A stretch of DNA of 60,396 nt, filler included, from Basidiobolus ranarum (Eukaryota): assembly GCA_040143965.1 (NCBI GenBank). It is 4 parts of 4 records of this genome, joined end to end, with 100 filler letters (N's around TTAATTAATTAA, not from the genome) between each part and the next. Parts side by side here need not be neighbours in the genome. Positions count along the whole stretch, not along the records: positions 1 to 15,059 come from JASJQH010000396.1; 3 more parts are not named here. One strand, written 5' to 3'. The position numbers and the translations under genes were made by a program. The notes beneath the pieces are model-generated. The model worked only from the letters and a program-made list of their open reading frames with translations, did no database searches and was not told the origin of the DNA. Of the stretch, positions 1-12,000 are shown piece after piece. Each line of letters starts with the position of its first letter. Within the stretch, counting starts at the first letter, position 1.

Positions 1-1215
1 TGATACATTATGGTTATATTCAGTGGTGTTATGTAACTTGGATACCGGATGCACCCCTCTAGCAGCCAGTTGGAGTTCTAGATTGTTGTAAAGATGCTCG
101 GCCGCTTTGCGAACACGATATGGGTGTCGGAAGATGTTCAAAACGAAGTTATCATACTTGTTACGATTCTCTTCGGTAGCAAAATGGAATTGACGTCGAG
201 GAAACCAATGAATGTATCGTCCAGTAAAGTGTAAAAGTTGTTGTGGGTACTTGTTGGTGCCAAATTCTTGAGCGAAACCCATCAGATTAGGTATGTCGTC
301 TAATGAGATGGTTTTCGTAGTGAATTCACGGACACTGTAATTGGGTTCATCGGGGTAACCATACAAATCTATACTTGTCTGGCCAGCCTGACGTAGCTTT
401 TTCTCCTTGGCTAGTATGGGACTCAAATCATCCACCGAATTCTCCTGCCCACAAATAGTATGGACACGATCCGTCCCAACATAGCTTAGACTTGGGAAAG
501 CCACTGTAAAATTAGAGGCGCTACCATCTTCAAAAGTTATACCACGTTGATCGCGTAAATATTCAATTGGATCAATAGCATCCCAATATTGGATTAGATT
601 TCTCTGATCAGTGTTCCCCTTTCGATCCAAGTCTTGGTAATACAATTGTAAACGAAGGAAATCTTGCATACGTATCATGGTGCCTCCGCTTTTCTCCACC
701 ATTCGGTTCATATCAATGAACTCTTCAATTGGTAAACTCCACCGATGCTTACCTTCTTTTCCATTTGGACTATCTACAAGTTGTGAATCATCTACTGGTC
801 TCCCTAGGACCCGACAATACCCCTCGTGAAGGCAAGAACGGCAATGCACTCTGTGTGGTAGTATAACGGTACGGTTGATAAGATAACCGTAGTAGTATGC
901 ATGCTCAATCATATAACGTATATTGTTGAAACCCAGAAAACTAAGCCAATTGTATAGGAAATAGTTGGTATCTTTGGGATATTGTTGAATGAGAGTTTTC
1001 AAGGGTATTCTTTGAAATTCTGTAGGCTCACCATCTTCTACGAACTTCTTGTGGGACTCGGTTGATGTTATAGTCTCGGTAACACTCGGGTTAGCGGATT
1101 TCTGTACAATAAATGCGATACAGAGAAGGAGTCCATGTATACATAGGAGTATTAATAATCGACTACGGTTCATTCGGAAAAAATCCCTCCGTATGTTATG
1201 GTTACTCTCCTTCAT
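1..1215 (-). CDS. GDP-fucose protein O-fucosyltransferase-family protein (type II membrane), 3'-truncated at the window edge; paralog of 2293..4044
   Basis: Absent from the ORF track because it has no stop in the window. Manual minus-strand translation from ATG 1215 gives MKESNHNIRRDFFRMNRSRLLILLCIHGLLLCIAFIV...YPKDTNYFLYNWLSFLGFNNIRYMIEHAYYYGYLINRTVILPHRVHCRSCLHEGYC...RWSLPIEEFIDMNRMVE..., colinear with the + strand paralog and open to base 1. Confidence 0.85.
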   Translation of the reverse strand, partial: MKESNHNIRRDFFRMNRSRLLILLCIHGLLLCIAFIVQKSANPSVTETITSTESHKKFVEDGEPTEFQRIPLKTLIQQYPKDTNYFLYNWLSFLGFNNIRYMIEHAYYYGYLINRTVILPHRVHCRSCLHEGYCRVLGRPVDDSQLVDSPNGKEGKHRWSLPIEEFIDMNRMVEKSGGTMIRMQDFLRLQLYYQDLDRKGNTDQRNLIQYWDAIDPIEYLRDQRGITFEDGSASNFTVAFPSLSYVGTDRVHTICGQENSVDDLSPILAKEKKLRQAGQTSIDLYGYPDEPNYSVREFTTKTISLDDIPNLMGFAQEFGTNKYPQQLLHFTGRYIHWFPRRQFHFATEENRNKYDNFVLNIFRHPYRVRKAAEHLYNNLELQLAARGVHPVSKLHNTTEYNHNVS

Positions 1216-2292
1216 CTGTGGAATAGTGATATGTACAAGTTTAAAGGGGTACAGAAACATGTTTGTGATTGAGGTGCCCACTTTATATGTCAACCTCGAA
1301 AAAAATTCATGATTCATACTTGATTGCCTGGATTATGGTCAATGTGAGATAATTACCAAATTAGTCTCTCCTAAAGTGGGAATGAACTCCATGATAATGG
1401 TAGAAACTTTAGATGGATCCAAGATTTGATGGCAATGGTGTTGACTTCAAATAAATATTGTTGATGTATTGTTCGTTTATACCTCAGCCCGACAGTTATA
1501 TGTATTGAGTTTATGAGTTATGGGAAAGCTATCTCCAATACTCTGACGTGAGAATTAAACCAGGGTAGATCATTCTAGAATCAAGATGAAGAAATTAATC
1601 ACGAAGATAACTAACTTCACTTAGAAAGTTGATTTATAAAATGGTTAACGGAATCACATGATCGAAATCCAGTTCGCCAAAGTAAAGTAGATATGAATAG
1701 CAACATCAGTATATTAAAAATGTCCCCAATAGAGTGCTAAATATATATTAACTCAACCAGTTATATCTACATATATCCCTCAATTAATGCTTGGGTTAAT
1801 GCATTCATTTCGTATTTCGTAGTTTGTATTTTCCGTGGGTGGAGTGGTAATATGATGAAAGACCTAAGGGCTAAAAACATCCCATTACCTTATTAAACAA
1901 ACCAAAGTTACTTACGTTATTGGAGGTTATTTACGTATGGATCGGGGAAGGACCTCAATGTAGAATGGGATAAAAATAACTGCAAGTAGCTTTGATTGGT
2001 AAGTGCATAACTCAAAGATAAACATGGCTAGAATCAGGGCCTACAACTTTTCCCAGGTCCCATAACGGTAAACTGAAATATACACATCCATTGACAATCG
2101 GGTGGTGAAATGTGGTCAACCTAAAAGTGATTTGCTAGATAAGGAAATCCACTGTGTAGAAATAAACCTCTTCTCAACCTATCAATGAGAACCTTTGTCT
2201 TCTCCAAATTGCCCCTCATATGGGGGTTTACGGGGCTGGTCATCAGTATATATATGTAGTTGGATATTCCCCAGTTAGAGTTATTGTTCAAA

Positions 2293-4044
2293 ATGACAAT
2301 TACTCCAATTCACCTAACCAAGCACACTGCAAAACGTATGTCTACTCCTCGTTACAGACCATGTTTTAATTGGAGATGGTTAAAGATGGTGAAGTACCTA
2401 ATCATCATACTCTTCCTTGCATTGTTGAGTACAACTATGATGCTTTTAAACTCTACCAAATTATCCGAGAATGGTACATCCTTCTTGGGTTCCATTTGTA
2501 CGAAATTAGATGCATCTAATTCCTCCACTTTACCTAACCCAGAGGAATCCCTTCACTACAAAGAAATTCATCTAAAGAATCTCTTACACATGTTCCCTAA
2601 AGATACGAATTATCTCATTCATAATTGGCCCGCTTTTCTTGGCTTTAATAATGTTCGTTACATGATAGAACACGCCTATTATTACGCATACGTATTGAAT
2701 CGCACTGTCGTATTACCTGATCGAGTACACTGTCGCTCATGTCTTCATGAAGGCTTCTGTCACTTGATGGGTGCACCCGCTGATGATTCCAAAACCATGG
2801 ACAGTCCGGCTGGAAGAGATGGTAAAGACCGTTGGAGTGTTCCCATTGAAGAGTTCATTGATATGAATAGAATGGTAGAACGAAGTGAAGGTACGGTGAT
2901 TCGAATGCAGGATTTCCTTAGGGTTCAGCTCTATTATCAAGATTTACAAAAACAACAGTCTAATCATACGGAGAGTACCCCAAGTGGAGATTTGGATAAT
3001 GAGTTGATCGAATATTGGAATCCTATCGATCCAGTGGTCTATCTTAGCAAAGAACGCGGAATCACCTTTCAAGATTGTAGTGCACAGAACTTTACCTTGG
3101 CATTCCCAGAGCTAACTTATGGACAAACTAATGAACTAAATAAGGTGTGCTTTGAACAGGAGTCTATGGATGATTTGGAGCCAATCATGAGGCAAGAAAT
3201 GAAACCCAATTCTACCTCTATAGAAGTGTACGGTTACTCGGAAGAACCTAATTATAGTGTGCGTGAATTCAAGCAAAAAATCATTCCACTCAGTGATATT
3301 CCTAAACTTCGAGGTTTCAAACAATCATTCGGATTTTCCGTGTTTCCACAACAATTACTTCACGTCACTTCCCGATATTTTCATAGATTTCCTCGTAGAC
3401 CTTTCTATTTTACTACGAAAGAAGGAAGGGAAAAGTATGATAATTTCGCATTGAATATTCTGGCTCCTCCCTTGAAGGTTATTAAAGCTAGTGAGCATCT
3501 ATACGCGAATTTACAACGAAAATTGTCGGAAATGGGCGTGGAATCACTGGAACAGAACGTCACCATGTCTGGTAGTGGTAAACATGTGATGCTTGGATCG
3601 TACATTGGTTTTCATGGTCGTCGTGGAGATTTTATAAGATACAATTGGGTGAATAATCTCGCTACTCCCGATGCTTGGCAGAATGCCATGATCAAAATGA
3701 TCGAACATGTTAAAACTGACAAGAAATTGTCCGTCTTCTATCTAGCTTCCGATGAAAACTCCTCTGAAGCCCTGGAGAAGCTCTACGAACATAACATGAT
3801 ACGAGTGTATGACTTGATGGATAGCGAATTTCTCCATGAATATGGTGATTTGGCTGCATTCGGGGATTGGTTGGCCCTTCTAGATCAACGCATCATGGCC
3901 AAGAGTAAATTCTTCATCGGTACTTGGTTAAGTTCGGTAACTGGGGGAGTTCTTAATTATCGTAAATCTGCAGGTGTGGATGACACTAGGGAGATGAGAA
4001 ATTGGATGAGAGACGTGCTAAAAGAAGTTAATATGGCTTTGTAA
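2293..4044 (+). CDS. GDP-fucose protein O-fucosyltransferase-family (O-FucT/POFUT-like) glycosyltransferase
   Basis: Intronless ORF with first ATG at 2293 and an N-terminal TM anchor. Motifs GFNNVR, NRTVVLP, FHGRRGDF, FYLASDE and LLDQRIMAKSKFFIGTWLSSVT are typical of GT-B fucosyltransferases. TATA-like run near 2248. Confidence 0.82.
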   Translation: MTITPIHLTKHTAKRMSTPRYRPCFNWRWLKMVKYLIIILFLALLSTTMMLLNSTKLSENGTSFLGSICTKLDASNSSTLPNPEESLHYKEIHLKNLLHMFPKDTNYLIHNWPAFLGFNNVRYMIEHAYYYAYVLNRTVVLPDRVHCRSCLHEGFCHLMGAPADDSKTMDSPAGRDGKDRWSVPIEEFIDMNRMVERSEGTVIRMQDFLRVQLYYQDLQKQQSNHTESTPSGDLDNELIEYWNPIDPVVYLSKERGITFQDCSAQNFTLAFPELTYGQTNELNKVCFEQESMDDLEPIMRQEMKPNSTSIEVYGYSEEPNYSVREFKQKIIPLSDIPKLRGFKQSFGFSVFPQQLLHVTSRYFHRFPRRPFYFTTKEGREKYDNFALNILAPPLKVIKASEHLYANLQRKLSEMGVESLEQNVTMSGSGKHVMLGSYIGFHGRRGDFIRYNWVNNLATPDAWQNAMIKMIEHVKTDKKLSVFYLASDENSSEALEKLYEHNMIRVYDLMDSEFLHEYGDLAAFGDWLALLDQRIMAKSKFFIGTWLSSVTGGVLNYRKSAGVDDTREMRNWMRDVLKEVNMAL

Positions 4045-4357
4045 ACTTTTGTATTTAAACTTGTAATAAATAATCCATCAATTCAATAGAATCCCATCCA
4101 TTGAGAGACAATCCCATGAATTTCAATATCAATGGATGAATAATCCGATCCATTTCTAATCCAAAAGAAAAGATCTGATAAAAATATTCTAGCATTTTCT
4201 TATAGCAAGTATATCAGATTGGAGGAAATTCCACGTGGTTACGTTGTTGAGTTGCATCATCTAAATACCAAAATTTTCATTCATCTTTAAAGACTATTTA
4301 ATCGTTGAATTTTTGTTCCTTACTTTCTCTATTTCATAACGAGATATTATTATAAAC

Positions 4358-5340
4358 ATGGCTAAGAAATTCAAGGGAGAAAACACTAAAGGTATGAATA
4401 TGTTGCAATTTCCCTTCTCTTCATTCATATCGCAACTTGAAATATGTTTGCATATATTAAACTACTCCTTTCTTGGTGTTAACGAAATCTATACAACCCT
4501 TAAATTAGTGATTTCATACTCATCTTAATATTATGTGCTTTTTAGTGGCTGCTGCTAAAGACCGTAAAGCAAAGGGCGCTTCTGAAGCGAAAGCTAAAAA
4601 AGATGCTCAGATAGAGGCTCGTGAATCTGCTGAATGGTCTAAGGGTGCCAAGAAAGGAGATAAGAAAGAAGAGGAGGCAGCCAAGAAGGTACAGTTATTA
4701 TTTTGTAGGAAGAGAACCCCTCCCGACCCTCATAAATCCAAACTAACTTTTCTTTAGGCAGAAAAACTTCAAAAGAAATTGGAAGCTCAGGCTCTTCTTG
4801 ACCAAGAAACTAAAGAATTTTCCAAGCAGAAACCTATTGCCCCTCCTCGTTTGAGTGGTGCTGAGGTAAGTTATCATATGTTGTGTGTTGATATGCAAAG
4901 ATTATTCCTCATTTATTTCGATTTTTAAGAAAAAAGCAGTTAAGAAAACTCAAGCAGTGGAACAATTCCAAGTGGAGAACCGTCAGCCCGTTATTGAACT
5001 TGCTGCCACTAACATTGACGATGCTTTGGATCTTTTGGATACTGTGAATGACCCCAGCGGTAGCTCAGCCACTACAAAGAAGGTTCTACTAGACCGTCAT
5101 CCAGAAAGACGCGCTAAAGCAGCATATACCGCATATGAGGAGCGTGAATTGCCTAAATTAAAGCAAGAATATAAGGGATTACGTTTAACTCAATTGAAGC
5201 AAATTCTCTGGAAAGACTGGCAAAAATCACCGGAAAATCCATTCAATCAAGCCTCCTTGGCTTATGATTCTACTCAAAAGGATCAAGTGGACTTGGTGGA
5301 ACAACAACGTCTAGCTGTCGAAGAAAGATTGAGAATCTAA
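4358..5340 (+). CDS. CCDC124: CCDC124/Lso2/Oxs1-family coiled-coil protein, 4 exons (4358-4391, 4546-4688, 4758-4866, 4930-5340)
   Basis: Spliced translation MAKKFKGENTKVAAAKDRKA...W...ATNIDDALDLL...DRHPERRAKAAYTAYEERELPKLKQEYKGLRLTQLKQILWKDWQKSPENPFNQ. GT-AG introns restore the frame. Confidence 0.88.
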
Positions 5341-5598
5341 AGACAAGTTCGATGTAGTTTGCTTTACATATGTCCGTCCCGTAGTCACCATAGATGAAAT
5401 GTATGCCCTGTTTGTGGGATCCCTTCAACCACCTTGAATTGTATCGATATCATGATGGGATCCACATTTACGCTCTCCATGTAAAACTAGTTATCTCATT
5501 TTCACCAGCCATTCTTGTTACTAAAGTGAAGGCTATCAGAATGGAAGTAAACACGAAACTTTATTCGTATCATAAAATTCGGATTCACAAATAATCAT

Positions 5599-7044
5599 TT
5601 ATAAATTCGATCGAATTTTGTCGGACTTGGTTGATTGCTTGAAGAAAGTGGTGACAAACTTGCTAATAATTTGGGCTATTCAAATTAATCAATATGTTAG
5701 TACAGGTGTCAGAATCCTATATACAGTATTGGAGTATTACCAGTGTTTTCAGGCTGTTCTTGTGGGATCTGTAGGAGTTAAAGTGCATTAGAGATCAGAG
5801 ACGACAGGAAGGGGGCTGAATTAAAGCTTACCAAGTGTTGTCCTGGTATGATACGTGAGATACCTCTATTACATTGCTTTGCGTATACAGATATCATATC
5901 AGAGGGGCTAAAATTGGAGGTTAATTAGTGTATAGATAATGTAGCCTCTGAAGTCCTTTACATACACAGTATTACTGCTACTACCGCCCACAAAGAGTAC
6001 CGGTACTTGGATGCTATTTAAATGTTTAAAGCAATATTCAGAGGTCTCTAATGAACCAGCAAAAGTAGCCTAGTAAAAAGGAAAGGTACGATTGTATGAA
6101 TATAGTTGTAGTGGGATATTCATTGTAATGATGTACCCACTGATTCTTGCTTTGGTGAACATTTAAGTTCAATTTTCCCTTCAGGATTAAGATAGGTACC
6201 GTGATTCTTTATAAAGGATGAGTATGAGAAAGTCCCATAAAATCATACAATAAAATCTTACCACATATTCATCTAGTACTTGTGCATCCCAAGAATCAAA
6301 GAATTTCCGGGATTCGAAATACTCTTTAACCGATTGTCTAATAAAACCAATAAAGTTTGAGGTGAGTTTCTTGTTAACTGATAAGTATATGAGATATTTA
6401 CCTAGTTTCCCATACACTTCTACGTTTTCTCGCTGATTCTACAAGAAGCTTGCCAGCCTTTGGGAATAGACCTGCACGAAGAACAGGCTCTAAAGCAATA
6501 ATTCCATCAAACGTATTAGGCTTCAACTCTTCCGCTAATAAACTAAAAATGAAAAGAGTTAGGATATGGATGGCAATACGACACCGGGTTGGATATATGT
6601 TTTACGTTGTACAACCCCCCATCGAATGTCCAACACCAATCAAAGGTCTCTTCACTTTTATCTGTTCAAGAAATTCCAACATATCTTCAGAAAGAATTCT
6701 CCATTCACCTATTATATAAATTCATGTTTAGAAAAGTCGACTTCACTTTCATATATCTTCTCTACATAATGAATATAGTGAAATAACATACACTTTTCTG
6801 ATAATAAAGATAGATTTTCTAACGCACTATCACCATGGTTACGAACGTCATAAGTGATGAAATTGTACTTTATAGCGGCGTCCTTTAAATGAAGTAGTGT
6901 AGGATTCCAAATTTCTTTATGAAAACCAGTGGCGTGGGCGAATATTATGGTTCCAACTGCCTCGGAGGTAGTCCAAAAATTGGTGGATACTTTAACACCT
7001 GTGGTGGGGTTAACAAATAGTTGAGTGGTCACTTGATATTCCAT
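5599..7044 (-). CDS. Alpha/beta-hydrolase (Lpx1-like/Abhydrolase_6), many short exons, probable peroxisomal C-terminus (-SNL)
   Basis: IIFAHATGFHKEIW, YDVRNHGDSA, nucleophile elbow LIGVGHSMGG (about 6615-6645). The last exon reads KFVTTFFKQSTKSDKIRSNL*. Several GT-AG introns; not every exon boundary was resolved. Confidence 0.8.
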
Positions 7045-7368
7045 AATGATTTCCTTTAGCCAACCCTTCCGTCCTCTTTCTCCGCACTTTTATGTCAGCA
7101 GAAATTCAGGCATGGGAAGTAATCAAGTAAAAAGGTTACCCATCAGATATGGTATTAGTAAGCCCATATATATCACATGTTACATGCATACTACTCTGTA
7201 AGATAATCAAAGTGTGACCGTTCTGTGAATGGTTAGGGTTAATTTAGTAACTGTTACATATTTATTAGATATCCCAAAGCAAATTACATGTGAGAAAAAT
7301 AAACAAATAAATAAATCAATGATTAAATGAGGAGAGGGAAGAAAGGTTGATTTTTAAACTTGGGTTTC

Positions 7369-8640
7369 TTAGGCATAATAGCTTGGTGAGACTAACAAGT
7401 CACTTAGTATATCTAGCTGTTCCTCGGTAAACACCAATTTATCTATAACCCATGTTTCTTGATGAGTTCGTCGAAAATCTAGGAATGTCTTTTTGGCAGT
7501 GGTCGAAATGGGAATTGGATCCGAAATAAACGGTACCAAGGAAATTAAAGCATCCGGCATCCACTTGGGAATGGCCCCAGGCTCACCACCGTATGGGAAT
7601 GCTTGAATCAAGGCGGCAACTCCAGAAACACCAGCGTGTCTACGAAGAATGGCTTCACTTTCCGTAAATCCTGATGGTGTGGAGGTTCGACTTGGAGTGG
7701 GGGAAGAAGTGGTGGACGTATTTCCATTGCGTTTGTTGCGTCTCATAAAGGGAGTAGCCAAGAGTTCACTGAATCGTTTCATCAAGTAATCAATAGACCC
7801 ACGTTGGGAACATCTTACCAATCCACTGATGGTGTTCGAGGCCATAGTGCGCACTTCAAGTTGTGAATCGAGCAGTGCTTTAATCAGAATATCCATCACT
7901 TCTTTCCACGATTGCTCATCGATACTAAACAGATTTCGGAACAGGAAGATTTGTAGTACCGGAAGAGACTTGGATCTCAGATGCCATGATGATGATGTCA
8001 ACAAAGTACGGAACAGTTCAATGATCTCACCAAGCATCTCTGGGGGGAAATTATTTTGAAATAGAAGCTCCAAAGCACCCGTGGCGAATTTTTGCAATTC
8101 TTGGTCGTCGTCATCCTGCATATAAAACATTTCTGGTACCAGTTGAATTAAGTAGGGTAGGATTGGGGTGATTCGACTGCTTGTAGCAACAATTCTAACC
8201 AGAGTGAGGACGGACTTGCTCATACTCACGTAGACAGAATGGTCCTCCTTACTCTCGGTTTTGCGTGCCTCACGAAGAGAAGGAAGTGTCTCGAATAGTT
8301 CATTCATAAATTCATCCACGAGAGCTCGATCTTGTTTAGCATACTGACCTAAGGGATCCTCTTCAACGGAGAATGGTCGCCAGAAAAGCTGGAAAACATC
8401 GGCAATAATTGTTGCTGCCATGTCCCGTATCTCTTTGTAAGGGTGCTTTATCATGGTGACACATCGAGAGAATATTATACGCGCATACGGAAGGCAACGC
8501 CAGTTAAAAATAACCAGGACAGTTCGCATGGAGATCAGGCGCTTCACCTGAGAGAGCGGGTTCGATGTTTCCAAATTCAATGGATATTCCATCAGACGCT
8601 CAATAATAGTAGAGAAGCGACGTGGGTCTCTGTTTGTCAT
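7369..8640 (-). CDS. BLM10: Proteasome activator Blm10/PA200, C-terminal part only (423 aa)
   Basis: NRDPRR, SWHLR..LPVLQIF, DSQLEVR..AS.TISGLVRC, RRHAGVSG.ALIQAFPY, F.DFRRTHQETW and the terminal SPSYYA (HbYX motif). Homology stops just upstream of 8640. Confidence 0.85.
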   Translation of the reverse strand: MTNRDPRRFSTIIERLMEYPLNLETSNPLSQVKRLISMRTVLVIFNWRCLPYARIIFSRCVTMIKHPYKEIRDMAATIIADVFQLFWRPFSVEEDPLGQYAKQDRALVDEFMNELFETLPSLREARKTESKEDHSVYVSMSKSVLTLVRIVATSSRITPILPYLIQLVPEMFYMQDDDDQELQKFATGALELLFQNNFPPEMLGEIIELFRTLLTSSSWHLRSKSLPVLQIFLFRNLFSIDEQSWKEVMDILIKALLDSQLEVRTMASNTISGLVRCSQRGSIDYLMKRFSELLATPFMRRNKRNGNTSTTSSPTPSRTSTPSGFTESEAILRRHAGVSGVAALIQAFPYGGEPGAIPKWMPDALISLVPFISDPIPISTTAKKTFLDFRRTHQETWVIDKLVFTEEQLDILSDLLVSPSYYA

Positions 8641-9007
8641 GGCCCACTGCGATTCCGGTAGAAGGGGTATTTTTGCTTGATAAAGAGCCAGATTTGAAGA
8701 AATTCTGCAAGCCAGAAACTAAGCCGCTTTTTTTTGGATTGCTAAATTTCTTTGATTCTATTTCTTTCTCTTTCTCTTTCTCTACTTTGCTGAATTGCTT
8801 TGAACCTAATTTTCCAAGGAATCTAGTTGACGACTTTTGTTTGGTCTTTTTGGGTGAATTGGATAATGCTGAGCCTTGTAAGGTATCACCAACTGACAAA
8901 TTGGCTGCCCCTATTATTTCAGTCTTTAGTGTAGTTAGGTCCGAAGTTGATTTGCTCTTGGAATCCAGGCTAATAGGAGCATCAGATGGTGGCTCAGGGG
9001 AGGACAT
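8600..9007 (-). pseudogene. Ser/Lys-rich 5' portion of an unrelated gene, cut off at the junction with the Blm10 fragment
   Basis: Natural-looking low-complexity frame, open from about 9185, preceded by a pyrimidine-rich leader (about 9250-9450). It runs out of frame into Blm10 sequence at about 8650. Confidence 0.4.
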
Positions 9008-12000
9008 TGTAAATAAATTGTTACTATGTGCGTTGACTTCAGGAGAAGACTGTAGAACTAAAGGGATTTTGATTCCCGGGCGTAAATCAATGGTAGAATC
9101 AATAATAGGAGTTAGAAATGTTGGTGTAAACTTGAGGCTTATAGGATAATAATAAGGGACATTTTTTGTAGGCTTTAATGAGTTCTAGAGAGTCCCGAAG
9201 AGTCGTGTTTGACAAACTCAAGGAGAACAGTGATTAGTCCCTAGAGTGCCTCTTGACGTAGACAAAAAAAGTCAAGGGTACTAAGAATAATTTCAAAGTT
9301 AAAAGCTCAATAGAACAAAATAAATAATCTGTAGAAAGCAAGTTCTAAGGTAAAGCGATTAAAGTGGTAAAAGCGTCTAGAATATAAAATCGATTAATAA
9401 AGTAGAGCAAGGGAGCTAGCTAAAAGTAATATCGAGGATGACCAAGCATGTCAGCGGGCATTTAACAAGAGCAAAACATAGATCTATCGAATGATTTCCA
9501 TATTTGGCCGGAACATAGGATAGAGTGAAATATAATGGATAGTTTAGTCTCCATCAACTAAGAAACAGTCTGACATTGCTCTTCGAAGAGAATCAAATTT
9601 GCTCATCAAATATCACTTAATCCCATCAAAATAAGCAGTACAGCTCTTAACAACATCCTAGACCGCCAACCCATCAATTCGTTCGCACAAGCAGTCACAA
9701 TCACGCTCTCCGTCAACAGTAACGTCACATGGCTATCTCTGGATACTTGGCGGCAAGATGGAGCAGCAAATAGTAATGAGCAAGTCAAAGTGCCCCAAAG
9801 TGAGAGGTGTGATGGAGGGGGAAGCTAGCGTGGACTTGGTTGGTTCTTTCCGTGGCAGACATGAGGTTGTGCTATTCACACTATCAAGGCAATACAACTG
9901 TTGGGGTTGTATACATACTCACACTGATTTTACCAGCATAGGAGAGACAAATAGGGAGAATAGATCGAGGCGACTGGAATCTGACCGGATCTCGGTCATG
10001 AGAAAATAGAGCGGTTGGCAGCCATGTGATGAAACCCAAGGCAAGTTTGTTTGAGTCATTCCACCAGTTTGACTTACTCTAAACACCTTTTGATTCAACA
10101 TTTAATTTGAGTCTATTAGTCCATTTTACTGAACCAATCTCCCCATTTACTGATGTGATTTTAAACCTTTCTATGATTGATTGTGCCATTCCCTCCACCT
10201 ACTCTTTCGTGAACATGCATTCGAGCAGTATGCCTCGCACTGTGCTTGATGCAGCTTGAGCTAGATCTAGCGGTACGGCAGGTGCTTGGATTTGTTCATT
10301 GAAACAGGAACACTCCCATGTAGCCAAGCATGCATATGCTACATCAATACCAAAGCCCTAGTGAACTTTGACTTAATTAATCATAAATCAGGCATTCTTG
10401 CCTTCTTATTGGATTTGAAATGCTTCAGAAGGGGACCTAGATGTACAGCCTATTAGCACCCTCATGTGTACGACATATTGACTTGGGTTGGACTCATCAC
10501 ATCTACAGTATCCAGAGCATGATCGAGGTAGCCACACCGTACCAATCAGGATGCTAGGTGAGTTTAAAGTTGCCAAAAGTAGGCCAAGAACAAGATTTTG
10601 ATGAGTTGATATGGTGGAGATTTATGGAGTTTCCTGAAAATAGCTGGTTCTAACATCGAATGTCAATAATATAGCTAGCTTAGCTACGTGGTTTGAAAAA
10701 ATCTCGAAAGGATTTAGAAGGCCTCCAATAGCTAGAGACAGAGCTTTGAAAATTCAAATTAGATATCGAAATATGCTTGAGGGTGTAAGTGAAGGAAGAC
10801 TAGCAAGCGTGGTGTATTTTTACGTGGTGTTTACAACCCGTTACCACTTGGCAGTGTCAGATCTAGCTAGGCACTACTGCCAAGTTCAGTTGAGCTGATC
10901 ACACATAGGCCCTTCAGTAGCAATTTCAATGCACAATTTGAAGTCGAATCGAAATATTTTCTGTAATATTAATCTAATAGACATAGCTAGCATTTGTTAA
11001 TGTAGAACCAAAGAACCTCACTACAAGTAAAATGATAACACAAGTAAATTATTGATTAAACAGGCTCCTTGCTGTAATGAATCTGCCCCCTCCCTGCTTT
11101 GCTTTTCTCTTCTTGTAACCTTGCCTATCAGTACTGTCAATCATGAGTCAAACACTTGGCTGTTATCACCAAGTAACTATAAAATTCTGAGGCATAAGTA
11201 TGTCGCCACTATCTATAAATTTTAAACTTGAATCACTAGCTTTTATGCTATAGCTCAAAGGATTAACTTGATCCGATAAGCCTTTGATGAAAAGGTTCTA
11301 AATACGACAAATGTGATTAATCACTGGAAACTAACCTCTAGTACCCAAAAACAACAGGCGGTGCCTTTTTTTCGCCGCTTCCCCTCGGCAAGAATTAATG
11401 ATCTCGCTTTCTTTAGCTCACACTGCTTCAAAGAGAGGTCAAGAAACTAAAGTTACAATTAGACAAAACGTCCAGATTCATAATAAACATTAATGCCAAC
11501 GGACGTGTTCTCATGACTTCTCGAAATACCTCCGCAGATGGGTGCGGTATTTAGGCCTTTCTATTGACTATTGCTACCTAACAATGAAATAATGTGTAGG
11601 ACCTGCAGTTTAAAGTATTCAAGAGTACAGTCTTGATCAAAGTATTTTATTTTAAGTATTACTAATATATAGGGCAGACAATTTTACAGATGCTGCGAGA
11701 AGATCCCCAGACTCTTGTGTTTATGCCTGAGTTAGAGAAAACATACTTGAGTGAATTCAAGAAGGAACTGAGTCTAGGAACAAATCCTGAGGAAGATTTT
11801 TCTGTGACATCAAAGATCTATGACCAGAGTCAGATAACCTGTCTGTAGCTGAATATATGATCCTGTTATTATACTATGTGCTAGAGTGTTAAAGCTCATA
11901 TTGATATTTTTACTAGGTGCCGCATAATGGAGGTGAGCAACGGAACGATGATCTAGCAATCAACTAAACTGCCGATTTAACACTCTTATGCTAAGGGCTA

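Noticed and set aside
8622-9149. 175-aa + strand ORF
   Set aside because: Antisense to the Ser/Lys-rich frame, no ATG start, no recognisable features.
9600-10600. Coding-like minus-strand sequence with many stops
   Set aside because: Possibly a decayed gene or TE, but no motif could be assigned with confidence.
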